DNA of 64,000 nucleotides from Nageia nagi (GCA_050084985.1 JBITNC010000001.1:43834001-43898000); one strand, 5' to 3'. Numbered from the stretch's first letter, positions 27,829 to 42,269 are shown. Program-made: numbers and translations. The notes: generated from the letters alone by a model not told the origin.

Positions 27829-29415
27829 GTATGTTGAATTTTTTTAGTGTTATTGTTGCTTGTTTCGTGGTCGGAATGAATTCAAGTAATCATGGAGCTT
27901 AGAATATTTTGTCGTAGTATAATTTCAACCAGACTTCGAATCTTTAATACAATACATATAAACTTGAAGTTTAAAGCTTTAATTGAACTAATATAACATC
28001 TTTAAATATTTCAGTTAGAAATTTTCTGACAATATCTGTCAGTGGAATAGAAATGGATTTTTTCGTACTCGAATAAGACATGCAAAATGTGGAAGAATAC
28101 ACAAGGCACCGGAATTGTTTGATGCAAACAAATTTTCATGGACTGCAATGATCCCAGGATATCTAACACAATTTAATTTAGAATACAATGAAAATGCCAT
28201 GAATGTGTATGCACAAAATGTTCCTTTCTATATTCGTAATCGTTATTTTCATCCAAATGAAAGCAACTAGAGGTGCGAAAGACAACATGTTCAAATCCAA
28301 AAAAACCAAAGAAAAAGACATCTGATTATATAGTCGCCACTTCTCAAAGCTAATAGAGCAAAACATAGATACGCAAGCTGAAGTAACTGAATACATAGAA
28401 AAACTAAAGGATTGCTCACAACGAAGACATGGACTTGGGACATAAAACTTCACCTCGCGAGCTGCATCTAGGCCTTGCCATCCTGGTGAACAAAATCTTT
28501 TATATATATATATGACTCTCACTATCTTCGCACATCTAATTAGAATATTTTTTCTACCCATTTCAGTAGATCAATTTAGCATAAAGGCCATTTGAGTAGA
28601 TCAAAATTTAGCATAAAGTCCTCCGCTGATTTCACTAGAGTTCCAAAAACTAGATAAAAGCAAGCACAGTAAGCATGTAACAAGCAAAGCTTACTGCATC
28701 TACTAACAAACTAAGAAAAATGACTTCAATTCTTCTAACAAATTGCACGAGCCGAATCCGACCATATATCCCTACACTATTCTGCTGATTCTACTGAAAG
28801 CCATATATCCTACACTACAGTTAATTCACAACTTTTACCTTTTCTAAAACTTCATGAGAGATTTCAGCAGGGATTTTCGAGAGCAAGGCAATCAACAATA
28901 GAAAAGTTGAAGAAACGATGAAGCAACGGAAAGCCATCCCAATATCTAAGAGACAATAACATCGGCACCTGTAACGCAGCTTCACCCACCTCGTTGCGTC
29001 GCTCCCAGCCATGTATCCACATGCATGTTAGTTTTAAATTAGGATTTGTCTTTCTTTTTTCTTTCGTCCCATGAAGGACAACATTCATATAGTTATATAT
29101 TGTTCCCCAGCGTATCGTGGCGATGGCGAATCTGTAACATTACCTGCATAGCAATTAGGTGGAGATTATTTATTCCTAATATGGACAGGTTGTAAGCTTG
29201 CAGTTCATCGATCTAATCCAGATGAACATCAATGATATGATTTATTAATTTCCGTAGACAATTAAGTTTGAAGATTTGGATTTTATTATATTGTTCTGTT
29301 AATCTTTTTGTATTATCTTTATTTATATGTTAATTTTTTTTATTATTTTTGCTAGCTATTTTTATTATTTGATTTTTTGTTGTATTATTTATATAGATAT
29401 ATTGCATACCATAGT

Positions 29416-29494
29416 TGTGAGGGGAGTTGGTGAAAAAGGGAGTTGTATAAAATCTCAAAAGGGAGGCCCTTGGTTCAAATCTTTTCCCCTCACA
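29416..29494 (+). mobile_element. tRNA-derived SINE-like head
   Basis: Perfect 10-bp inverted repeat TGTGAGGGGA/TCCCCTCACA encloses an A-box-like GGGAGTTGG and a B-box GGTTCAAATC (29472-29481). Confidence 0.45.
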
Positions 29495-29774
29495 TGCATG
29501 GTATCTAAAAATCCTATCAATCGATCCAAGGATTTTAAACAATTGGTGACCAAAAAAGTTCAATAGGACTTTAAAGTAGGACATATGCAAAGCAACAGAA
29601 GTGCCTAGTGCAACTCAAAACATAAACAAGGTCTATGAATAAGGATTTCTCCCAACATTCAAGGGTGCAAAGAAGTGAGTGATCACCTTGGTGTATCCTG
29701 GTCATGGCTTCTGGAAGCTAGAAAAATGAAGTGAGAAGTTAGGATCCTATTATCCTCTACAAACAATTACTAAG

Positions 29775-30985
29775 TAGTTTTTTTTCTAAGATTAAATAAT
29801 TCTCATATGAAAAGGGCAATGCATCTCTGGTCTTTATAATTAATCCAAGACTTCAATGTATTGGTGTCTCTGAATAAGCAATAATATCTACCTTGTATTT
29901 CTTAGTAGACAAGATAAGTGAAAATGAAATGCTCCTTGGATTCTACATCAAGATTGCACAATCTTCAAATATGTTGATCTCTAGGGAGGTGATGATCTAT
30001 CTCGATATGCAACTAGTGGGAGCAAACTTGTAGCTGAGCTAGAGGAAACTTGAGGTTATGTGGCATCTGTATAAAGTTATATTTTGAAGTAGTGATCAAA
30101 CCATTCTCTAGTTGGAGATAAAGGTGAGAGTAATGGATCAATTTTGGTGAAAGTGGTTCCTTTGGATCAGTCCAAGTAGTTTTTATATATGCTGAGTAGA
30201 TCTCATCTTGAATGTCCTTATTGGAATATGGTGTATTGATTGATGAATTAGTAGGAGGAAGTCTCGTGATGTCTAAGCCAAGAGTTTGAAGTAGAGTAGT
30301 AGTTGGAGCATACCAGCAATTCTTGACCTCTTTATTTGCCAACTGTATAGAGCACTGCAATGCTAAATATGGATATCTTCTCATATCTAGTATAGAATGG
30401 AATCTATATAGTAAAGAGATAACATGAAATAATGCAATTATAAATAATGGGTGATCACTAAACTCAGCTAGAATGATGGGATGTGGAACAGTTCTTTTGG
30501 AACAAATGAACTTGGATAATATTGAGATGAGGACCCTTTCAATACGAGACCAACCCAACTGTCTGATATTAGGGCCCAAAATTCACGAATATAGAGAAAT
30601 GTGGGGGTAATAAGAGTCAAAGAGTTTGATCTTCATACTAATATCCCTAAAACTGAAGCTAAAAGCATTGCTTATCTAAAGAGGCTAAGGTAGCATACCT
30701 TTTGTTTAACCTTACTTGAGATGCAAGGATCATGTTGAAGGTAGGTCCCATGAAAAGAACTCCCAAGTATGTGTACGATGTGACAACCTCAATAGCTTTC
30801 CTTTTGTATGTGATGTGAACAAAAGAGAGATCTTTCTTGGGTAGATTGAATGTCTTAATCTTTGTTTTATGTATATTAACTTTTAATCCATGTAAGTCAT
30901 AGTAAGTTCCAAGTATGTCTAGTTGTTGTTGAAGTCATATTGCTATGTGTGACATTAGGATAATATCATCAACAAATAGAAAATA
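29775..30985 (-). mobile_element. 5'-truncated non-L1 LINE (RTE/RTEX-like) 3' end
   Basis: FLFVDDIILMS, YTYLGV, ORF 30013-30579 ending LAQLQVCSH, then a CCHC-like remnant (RLCNLDVESKEHFIF). T-run near 29778 corresponds to a minus-strand poly(A). Confidence 0.75.
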
Positions 30986-33900
30986 TAATTAATTCAATTG
31001 TAATTATTTTCAAACAAGTTATACAAATACAAATATAGGTATAAACACAATAAGTTTGAATTAAATGTAAATAGCATCACTAGTCTATTAGAAATTAAAA
31101 AAATATAGATCATTATAATATTTTGAATATCTTGAAAGTATAACAATTATAACATAAATCTTGTACTACCTCTTGGAATTGATGATAAAAAAATGATAAT
31201 AGTAACAATAATAAGAATAAAAATAATAAGAATTTATAATAATCATAATATAGTTCTTAAAGGTTTGAGCATTTTGTTTTATAACAATAATTATAAATTA
31301 TCAAATTTAAATATAAAATTTAGATTTTAAATTTTAAATGTAAAATATAAATTTAAAATATGAAATTTTAATATAAACTTTAAATATAAATTTCTAATAT
31401 AAAATATAAATTACAATTTTTAAATATGAAATTTAAATATCATATTCAAATATAAATTTTAAATTTATTAATAATAACAACAACAACAATAATAATAATA
31501 ATAATAATAATATCAATATCATCTTTAATATGCAGTGATCTCATGATATGCACAAAATGAATTTTTTTGAAAAAACTTTATAGACCTTTAAACATATGCA
31601 ATTGTCAGGTGTAAAGTCAAATTCTACAACCCTTGCTAGCATTACTTTCAAAATGTTTAATCAAATTCCAACCATTACTTTCTAAATATTTGATAGAACA
31701 AGAAATTCAAAAAAATCTAACATGTGTACAGCTTTTGAAAATTTGCAATATAATAACAAACTTCGTAATTTTTGACATAAATTTTATTTAAAGCTTTTCC
31801 AAAATTAGCTCTAATGATTCCCTTTTTTCTTAATAATTAATCTTTTTTATTTCTTCATATTTTCATACTCTTTTAAATATTTTAAAGCTAAACATTATTT
31901 TATATATTTTACATGTAAACCCTCTTTACAATCCTTCTACATGCTTATTTACTAGCAATTTTTTTATTATATTAGCTTCAATTTTAATTTCATTTTATAA
32001 TTCTTTCATAATTTTCAACTTATTAAAATATGTATCATTATTATTGTATGATTATTGTCAACTTGAATGATTGAAATTTTTGAAACTTAATATACTTTAA
32101 AAAACCTTTCTCAACCACAAACTTTGGCACTACCTTTTTTTTTACATTTTGTAAAGTTCTTGATATTTTCATCTTCAAATGGTGATAATTCATCACCATT
32201 AAATATGTTTTTAAAGGTAGCATATCATTATTAAAATGAATGTCTCCAAGAGATGATAATTCTTTTTCAATTTTAGTTGAGATGTGTATGAAGAATAAAG
32301 TCTCTATTTTACTCTTAACTTTTAAATAAACAAAAATTAAAGGCAAGATTCAAATTCATGTAGCTCATGTAAATGAAGCTATTAATTTAATTATTGATAT
32401 ACTAAATTCTAATTACAAAACTATAGAAATAGACCCCAATGCTAATTGATGTTTAGATTAAAATTGAAATTTAAAATTAGAATATCAAGATTTAATTTCA
32501 ATAACAAGCATTTTTTGAATTCCTTAAATTGAGTGTTTAGGTGGAAAAACCCAAGGAAGCTATTAGAGAGGATACAAAATGGTAAGACATATTGTACAAT
32601 TTTCCTTTATGTATGAACAAGATATTCATGCTTTAATATACAATTAGGCTTGCATTTTGATGCTTTGTTTGAGAATATAAAAGAAAATTATTGCAAGAAC
32701 AACATAGAGAAAAATAATAGGAAGAAAACCACTATAATCGCCTTCAATCTACATCCCTTTTTGAAAGTCCACCATAGCCAATCTAATTTCATCGATACCC
32801 CATATTACAAGAACAAGCTTTTTGAGTAGCGTAGTAGCGATCATAGATGGAGACACTTCCACATAAGTGTGATTGATCATATGAGACATTTTTTGGCTAC
32901 CTCGTAGAAATCATAATTAGAGAGGACATCCTAAATTCCATCACTTTTCAAAATCAAACATTCATCAATATCAATCTTGTCCTAAGGAGGAGAAGGAGGG
33001 TTTTACAAATAGGTTGCTTGATTTTTATCTTCCTATTTAAGGAAAATCATCACAAACCTTCCCTCCTATTTTTCAAATTTGAAATTTGAATCTTTCCCAC
33101 CATTCTATGATGTGAATGATGTGACAAATTTCCATTAGATGGGAGATGGTTGATAATTAAAAGGGGAGGTGGACTAGCTAGAGGAATGAGGCAAGGGCTA
33201 TGGATCACTATTAATGGAGATGAATGTGGTCAATAAGTCACATACAACTCATAAGTTGTTTAACTTTAGCATCCCATATGAGTCCAAACTAACCTAGGGG
33301 GTTAGTACAATCATTGCCAACAATAAAATACTTAATTGGTAGCAAGGTCAAGGATATAAAATTTAAAAAAAAAAAAAAAAAAAAAAACTAACTACCCAAG
33401 GAAGATAATAACTAAATGCATCTATCAATCATTAAGAGGGGTATTATGTTGAGCATCATGATCAGATGAGGTACACTTGCAATCACCCTACATGAAATTT
33501 CAAATATTATATGAAATGGAAACTTATCTCATAGTATCATGAACAACATTAACTCTTGTATCACTCTAGCCAGTGTTAGTAGTACCTCCTATATTGCCTC
33601 AACCAATGGTGATATTAGAAGACTCCAATTATCCATCATCCCATCCCCCAAATTGGTAGGAGGAATGAGTAATAAAAATTACACTTTTTTCAAAATGGCA
33701 AGGGATGTGTCTAGTATTTGTTTATGGGAGAATTTCTATAAGCAGAGGCACACCATACATAAGAAGGAGGTCAATGACAGGAGCAAGAACATGAGCATTC
33801 CTAATAGCCATGATTTAGATGGACTTAACTGATGCTACATGAAGCATTTGCCTAATGCATTAGAATATCTTGCAAGTGATCAACCTCCATAACAAATTTG

Positions 33901-34456
33901 TTACTTTGTGTAATAATTTGTAACCAGAAGTCATGAAAAATCACTTATTAGTCAAAGATGCCAAAATAAATAAAGGGAGAGTAATTTATAAAAATGAATC
34001 TGTTACAATATTTTCAAATATGAAAAAGCAATTTAATATGCAAAATCTATAAAAATTCAAAAAAAGTAGAAGACTCATAATGATAAAATCTCCTAACAGA
34101 GCATTAGTCCATGAAACTTTGGATGAAAAGAATGGAGAGAAAATTGAAAACAACTATTATTAAGCTTATCTAGATCTACTGCAGCTTTAAAATAAGTAAA
34201 AATATGACTCAAGTTCATAATAAAAAGGATATTTAGGGTCTAAAATACCCAAATACTTCAATATATCACCTACAAGGACATCTAAATTTAAAAATCTCCA
34301 TGCAAAAAAGGTTTTTTGGGTTCCACATACGATGCCCAAACATTATGAAATCTAGAGTTCCATATAGACTTGGTAGAAACCAAATCCCACTAATCATTTA
34401 ATCTAGACACCATATGACGATCTCATGAGAACCAAGTATATCCCATGGGAGCTTTG

Positions 34457-34898
34457 TGAAGGATTTAAACCTTAAAGAATAACATTCTAATCTCCCAAGA
34501 TCACTTGAAAGCCCTCTCAACCATCAATAATTCAACATAATAACCAATATTACAAATTTAACACACATCTAAAGTGGTTTCTCTCATACAAGAGAGTACA
34601 TACACTAACTAAGATCTTTCTCATTCACAAAGTGCCTCTCCTACAACTCTTCCTACTTCTCCTAACAATCCTAAAGCATAACAACACTACAAACTTGAGT
34701 GTAAACTTAAGTGAGAAAACTAGAAGGGAGGCCCTCTATTTATAGGGCAAAATCCTCCCTTTAACTACTATTGTACCCAAGGGTTAGGTTAAGGTTACAT
34801 AATATTTTATTCACTAAACACTTAAAGATATCTAGAGATATTTTAATTTTTAAGTGGGTTACAAAGAAGAAGAAAATAATGCATTATACATTCCAATA
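34457..34898 (-). mobile_element. Solo LTR of family A (copy 2)
   Basis: Perfect TSD CTTTG at 34452-34456 and 34899-34903. Homologous to 575-1076 and 58227-58723. Confidence 0.85.
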
Positions 34899-37800
34899 CT
34901 TTGTAGTTGAATAGAGTAATATCAACATGTCATCTCTAATTAGTCCATCATGGACACTGAGAGTATACCCCAATCTTGTATAGTATAGAAAATGAGGTAA
35001 GAGTAATGATATCATCATAAGTATCTTTATTCACATTAGATAAATTAAACTTGAGTTTGAATTCATTCCAAGAGATCCAATCTCTTGTATACTGAGAAAA
35101 TAAATCAATAATAGAAACTATCCTATTTCTAAAAAATTGTAGAGCATGAATCCAATGAACATGATAAAAGGGGATTCTATGATTTAGAAGCATATGAAAC
35201 CACCAAATATTCATTTAATTCAAATAAAACTCCATGAAAAATTAAAACCTTTCCATTGCAAACAAGGAGTAAGATGTTGCCAAGCCTTCCAAATACTTTA
35301 GATGACAAAAGAGCCTTGAATCTTTACAAACATTGAAGTAATAATGAGTGAAGGAAAATCAAATCCTCTCCATGCTCGATGATTTAAAGGGAGACCTATA
35401 GATATGAAATATCAAACAAGGATCTTTTAGGACTCATTGCCTTTGAATTATCTAATCACCCATTTGGTACAACAAGCTAAGCCTTTCCATTTACAATCTA
35501 ACAACCCCATACAACCCAAAACTTTGGGGAGGTAACAAGTATCTCATGTTACTCTATTAAAGCCCTTTTTCATAGAAGAATTAGACCAAAGGAAGTTGCA
35601 AAAAAAATTTCTAATTTCTTATAACATGCTTGAGATGGCACCCAACAGGAAGAGTAATAGACATGAGTAGAAGAAAATACTTTGAAACAAATTTGAAACT
35701 TACTAGCTAAATAAAGTTTTTTTATAAACCAATAATCAACTATTTTTTCAATTTATGTATCACATAATTCCAAATTTGAGTAGGATAACCATGAAACATC
35801 AAAGGAGGACCAAGGTATTTAAAGATCTCACTAGGAAGTATCCAATTCCATTGATATCCCTAAATCCATTTAGGTAGATCATGAAGATATTTCCTATTGT
35901 GTGAAGTTTTCTTCCATTGAATGCCAAAACTTAATGCTTTACAAAAAGTTCCAAACAAGATTAAGAATTTATAACAAACCCTTCATAATCATGGAGAGTA
36001 AGAAAAAAATCATCAATAAAATGGCCATTAACCATATTATCCTGATTATGTTGAGTAATCTATTTGATAAGATCAACTGAGGTTTGATCATCCATGAGGT
36101 AATCAAGGACTTCAACAATAGGCACATAAAGAGGAAAAATAAGACAACCTTGTCAAATAAATTTAAACAAACTTATTACCTCAAGTGGAGAGTTATTCAA
36201 ATTAAGAATAGTTAAGGCATATTTGAATAGCATAGCAATTATCAAGGTGAACATAAGAGTAAATCTTCAAGCTTTGAAGATAGCTTGAATAAACCTCCAC
36301 TCAATGTTATCATAACCTTTCTCAAAATCAATTTTAAAAAAGAGCATATCCTACCTAGATATCCTAGCCATTCCATTTCCTTCTAGATAACCAAAAAATT
36401 GTCAAGAATATATCTTCCTTTGATAAAGCTAATTTTCTTATACCTAGCAATTAAATAAAGGATTGGTTTGATGCAAAGAGCTAAAGCTTTAACAATAATT
36501 TTGTAACTAACATTAAGTAATGTAACTAGTATCCAATTAGGAATCAATTCAAGATCTTCTTTCTTGGGAATAAACTTGATATTACCCATGTTGATAATTT
36601 CTCTTAGCGAACCAACATTCATAGCTTCCAAATGGACCTTATGAAGGTCAAGGCCAACCATATCCCATATACCTTTATAAAATTCACATGGTAAACTATC
36701 TAAACTTGGAGCTTTATCATTAGCCATTTAAGTTAAATCTTCTTCAAGATCCTGCAAAGAAAGCAATTTATCATATTCTACTCTATGAAATATAGAAATA
36801 TGAATAAGTACTACTATAATAAACTTTGATAAAGCTTGTTCCCTCTTAGGAATATAATATTTTTCTATAAATATATTTATATAATGATAAACAAAGGCCT
36901 CTACAACCATATTAGGAAGACCTATGAGATGAAATCCATTGGCTTGGATAACTTTAAATTGAGTAGCATGTCTAGGATATATGAATCTTTGAAATTTTTT
37001 CTTGAAGACTTTATCACCAATTTGAAGCCTATGCAAATGATCCTTAATTTAATCTCCCTTTTCATTATTGAACTCAACTAATTTTAATTCATGTCTCAAC
37101 TTATCAACATGAGAATGAAGCTCAAGATTGAAAGGAGAAGACTCTAATCGAAGAGAATATTTTGCAAGTTTATCATGAAGAGTAATTTTAGATTTTCTTA
37201 TGAACTGATACACCTTTTTACCCAAGGTGTGAAGCAAAGTAATTATTCTAACAATAACATCATTCCACCATTCAATCCATCCTAAATCACCAATAGATCT
37301 AGTAACTAAGTTCCATATTATGTGGAGGTGACATATCATGGATGGATGTTGAAGGAATGAAGTGTTATAAAAAAGATATTTTTAATACATTTGGGTCATA
37401 TCCTTCTATAAAAAGAGAAGATATTAGCAGAGCATGATCAGAGTTGGTATTACTAGAGATAGTCTCAACAACCAGGGTAGAGGCATTTTTTCTAAGAAAG
37501 AAATTGAGAATGATATGAAAGAATTGCTCTATCAAGTCTTTTGAGTATATATACATTGATAGCCTGAAAGTTAGACCATGTATACTAAATATTTTTAGAA
37601 AACTATTGGGGAGAGAAACAAGCATTAGGATCTGATATTCCTAGCTTATTTTTATACAGTACCAATCTTCTCACTCACCCATATCCCATCACATGGTAAG
37701 CTTTCCTATCTTGTCATAAGGTTTCTCAATCATATTGAAATACTTGTACATAACCCAAATAACTAGTGGTAATGATAAAGTGCATCATCATCAAAGGGTA

Positions 37801-39659
37801 TAATGCTTAGGAGCTTCATTGAAAGCATATACATTTATAATACCAAAAGAAGTTTTACTTACTTCAATCAGAATCTAAACTACCTAATTAAATGGGTCCA
37901 CATCCTAGATAACAAAATTATCTTTCCACCTAGCTATGAGGAGGATGACATCACCCCCACTACTAGTAGCATGATTGGTGGCATAAAAATATAACCAAGA
38001 AATAGAAAGGGACAAGTGCACTGTAAAATTAAATTTAAAATTTTAATTTCTTGTAAATAAAGAAAGTTAGTATTACCATAATTTCAGGAGAATAAATACT
38101 TTTTATCTCTAACCAAGTATTTATGGACTAGGTCTATCAATCCTCTGGTCTATCAATCCTCTAATGTTCTAAGATAAAAAAAATCATGTAATATGATCCA
38201 TTATCATATTAACATTAAGGTACTCAACATCTCCTATGTTTGATAGAGAATCATAAGCATTTCAAAATAACTACTTATGATTGAAACTACCAAATTCCAC
38301 TTAACACTTCTTATATGTATTCCCTATATGGTCACTTTAAAGAGGGCTATGGGAATATTATCCATTGATAAGAGGTGTATCAAGCTTCTAAGAGCTTTAT
38401 TAATGCTCAACCATTGCATGTAAAAGAGGAGAGTTAAGGGATTGAGTGGTAGTTGTAGAAGAGATAATTTCTATAATAAAAGAAACCATAGGTGGAACAC
38501 TACCAAGAGTGACCACCACATTGGAATTAGTTAGTGAAGGGGTGGCCACCACACTAGAACTAGTTGGTGATGGGGTGACTATCACTCTAGTATTAAGTGG
38601 TGGTTGACTCATATGGGGACAATTGGAACTATAAGGAGTAGCATTATTATTATCTTATTTCATAAATTTCCCTTTTTCCTAGAGCATAATCCATAAATCT
38701 TTCCCTACTTAGGAGTGAGGGAAGTATTAGAGGTAATAGGAGCTGCCTCTTTAATTTTTTTCTACCATAAGTGGGCAATCCTTAATCTTGTGAGCATTGG
38801 ATTGGTAATGATAAAAAGTAATCTATCGGTTATAAATAACTTATTATTTGAAGTGATAATTAACCATTTACATATAAACATAATCTTTAAGGTATTTGGA
38901 TAAGTAATCTTGACACATAACCTCTTTTGAGGGAAGGAGGTATAGAATCTATCCATTTCACAACAAACAAACTCCCCAATAGGTGAACATAACTATTGAT
39001 AATAGGAATAAAGTAGCAAAGGAATATTGGTGAGCTAAACCCATATCAAAACCCTCAAAGAAACCTCATTAGTGATTGAAAATATTTTGGTACATGGTTG
39101 AAAACCAAAAGGTAACTACAGACAAACCATGGCCCATGATTAAGTACTACTTGAGCTTAAGTAGGATCAAAAAATTGAAAAAGAAATAAACCTTTTATCA
39201 TATTCTAGATACCATCAACTTTGAATTGATGCCAAGTTTGTTGTATCATGGTCCTAATGATAGACTCTATAGAAATACAATCAAGAAAATAACCAACTAG
39301 TATGTGGTTTTCAATCCAAGAATAAAGATTGCTTGAGCTTAAGTGGGGTTATCAAATCAAAAAAGAAATAACCCTTTTATTATATTCTAGATATCATAAA
39401 ATTTGAATCCATGCCAAGTTTGTTGTATCATGGTCCTAATGATAGACTCTATAGGAATACGACCAAGAAAATAACCAACTAGTATGTGATTTTCAATCCA
39501 AGAACAAGTGTTATTGAACTCACTCAATGAGATAAAAACTTATTGAAGAGACATATTACCTCATGGAAGACCTTGGGAATGAACTTTTTGGGTTTCTTAT
39601 TCACCCTATGAGCCATTTCTTTCTCCTATAACTTCAACAAAAGTTGAAGATCCGTAATG

Positions 39660-42027
39660 TGTTAAGAACCCACTTTTGCATAGTAACCCAATTATTCAAA
39701 AATATACATAAAATCACTCTAATGTGCAAATATCATTCAAATATGCAAAACCATTATAAAATACCACTTAATGAAGTAACTGAATCACCTACACCACTTC
39801 AATAAGGAAACCTCTTAGAGAATAATTTATCTCCTCAAATGAAACTATATTTCTTGCTTGATTCCTTACAATTGGAAAGGCCTCATATAATTAGCCCTTT
39901 GTGATCTTTCACCTTCCAAACCTAATACATGTGGGATAAATAGCAATATGATATAAAATAACATGTTATGGGGTCATAACATCACCACCCCCTTAAGCAA
40001 GCTTTGTTCTCAAAGCTTGTACACACCATACATCAAAAGATAATAACCTACACATATTAACATAATTCCACCATATATCACAATAAAATAGCTTACTAAA
40101 CTACTAAGGAGGTTCATTACATTGCCAACCCATTTGACAAGCTTTGTCCTTAAATATTGCAAAACTACAAAGTACAATCCCTCCATAAATAATAGAGAGC
40201 TCCATAAATAATAGTAAACAACCAAGAAATCCAATTCATCCAAAGTGGCCAACAATACACCAAATCTGAATAGGAGCTCATACGAGTATCAAAATTGCAC
40301 TAAGGTAATGATAATAATATTATTAAGGAATTAGAAATAAAAATAATGATCCAAAATAGTCAACAAAGAAATTGCCACATTGTTGTTGCATTCTAAAGGC
40401 CTCTTATGATGCTTTGAAGTCTATATGTTGTACTCTAAAATCCTAGCATGAATACTTCATGAAATCATGTTGCACCATTATATCCATAGAAATATAAGTG
40501 AAAATAATATCCTTCACACTCTATAATAAGCTCCACTAAACTAGAATAAAAAGGCTCCACATAATCTATACTAATATAAGTGAGAGGAAGGGCCTCACAC
40601 TCTACAACATGCTCTTCTAAATTCAAAAGAACTACCTCCACTAGTTCCTTATGAAGAAACTCATCATCATAGAGTAGGGTATTAGGAATATGAATATGTT
40701 TCTTTTCCATTTTTGTATATTTGTTTAATATATCCTCAATATTCCTAAGTGCATCATCATCTTGTGCCAAATCATCACCCATTCTTTACAATACATCACT
40801 ATCCCTTTTAAAAAAAATATTAGAAATTAAAATTGCTCCATCATTATTAAAATAAATCAAATACTCTTGAAATTTTTAATACAAATATAAACCATGAATT
40901 AGTATCCAATTATGAAAGTGCATCAAAAAAAGATATCATATACAAAAGTTATGAAGATTTCATCTTTTCCCCTTTTTATCAATATCCTAATCACCAATTC
41001 TATCATAAATTGTCCAAAATGACTTGAAATCATCTAAAATATTTATTGAATAATCTTTATACAAATATGTAAAACCCCACTATATTTAATAAGCAAATTC
41101 AAACTAATAATAAATATGTAGTCATTTTACTCATGCCCCTTGTAGATCTTAGAGTGTTTATAAAGAGACCCTAATATTATTCACACAAAATCATCAATAC
41201 AACTCCCAAAATTCTAAAATTTAAATAATGTACTCTTGAGATAATAATTTTAAAACATTTTAAATTTCAAAATCAAACTCAAAAGGATGAAAATTATATG
41301 ATCAAATACTTTTTTCCTTTTTCACAATTCTAGATCTAGGGTTTTTAAGAGGAAATACAAATCTTCTCATACATCAACCAATATCCAAACGATTTGAAAT
41401 TTTGATAGAATGATTCTCTTATCTAAAACAAACTTCTCCAAAAATTTCAAAATCAAAATCCTTTTTTTCAAACCTATACAACCATTTTATTGCAAAACAT
41501 CAAATGCTTATCAAATCCACAAATGAGCTCCAAAATACATAAATATCTATTGATCCTTCTTGATGTGATTATCTACAAACCCTCAAAATTTAACATAAAA
41601 TTCCTTTGGATGTGTGTGATATGAATGATTCACTCAAGCTAGCCAAAAAGCCCTTCAACTTCTTCCACTTTGCCCATAAGTACTAAGATCATGATCTGAT
41701 AACAATTGTTAAGAACTCACTTTTGCATAGTAACCATATTATTCATAAATATACATTAAACCACTCCAATATGCAAACACGATTCAAATATGCAAAACCA
41801 TTACAAAATACCACTTACTAAAGTAACTGAATCACTTACACCACTTCGAGGGGGGTACCTCCTAAAGAACTGGTTCTCTCCTCAAATGAAACTATATTTC
41901 TTGCTTAATTCTTTATAATATGGAAGGCCTCATAAAAATAGCCCTTTATGACCCTTCACCTTCCAAACCTAATACATGTGGCATAAATACTAATATGAAA
42001 TAAATAAAATGTTAAGGGATCATAACA
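39660..42027 (-). mobile_element. Non-autonomous LTR element (large TRIM/LARD-like), 2.37 kb
   Basis: LTRs at 39660-39981 and 41707-42027. TSD TAATG on both sides. Degenerate Met PBS at ~41693-41704 and PPT at 39982-39996, both on the minus strand. No gag/pol motifs found. Confidence 0.9.
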
Positions 42028-42269
42028 TAATGAGTTGCATCCATATATAAAAGTGACAATCCAACAAATGGTGGAATCAATTCATTTGAAGCCAATCAAT
42101 AAATATCAAATATGAAGTCCTACACAATCTCCCAAGTGAAGTTGTGGTATGAGATATACAAAAAAATTAATGCATGAAGTTTGGCTCTCCAATGCAACAC
42201 TCAAAGTGATCTCAAAGATAAATATACAAATATTTAAAAAAAAAAAAAAAGTAAATTAAAAATAGCATT

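Larger units (their letters stand above)
32512..42235 (-). mobile_element. Degenerate L1/Tx1-like LINE inside intron 1, carrying two nested insertions
   Basis: ORF1 remnants at 39650-38300, endonuclease near 38170-37400, RT at 36383-36727 (MANDKAPSLDSLPCEFYK, LLNVSYKII) and GHFIDD near 36020. Outer boundaries are approximate. Confidence 0.8.

Noticed and set aside
29416-29494. Functional tRNA gene
   Set aside because: No convincing D or anticodon arms could be folded; kept only as SINE-like.
31530-32500. Possible integrase/RNase H remnants continuing the 42.3-43.3 kb LTR element
   Set aside because: Too decayed to support by eye; needs a frameshift-aware profile search.
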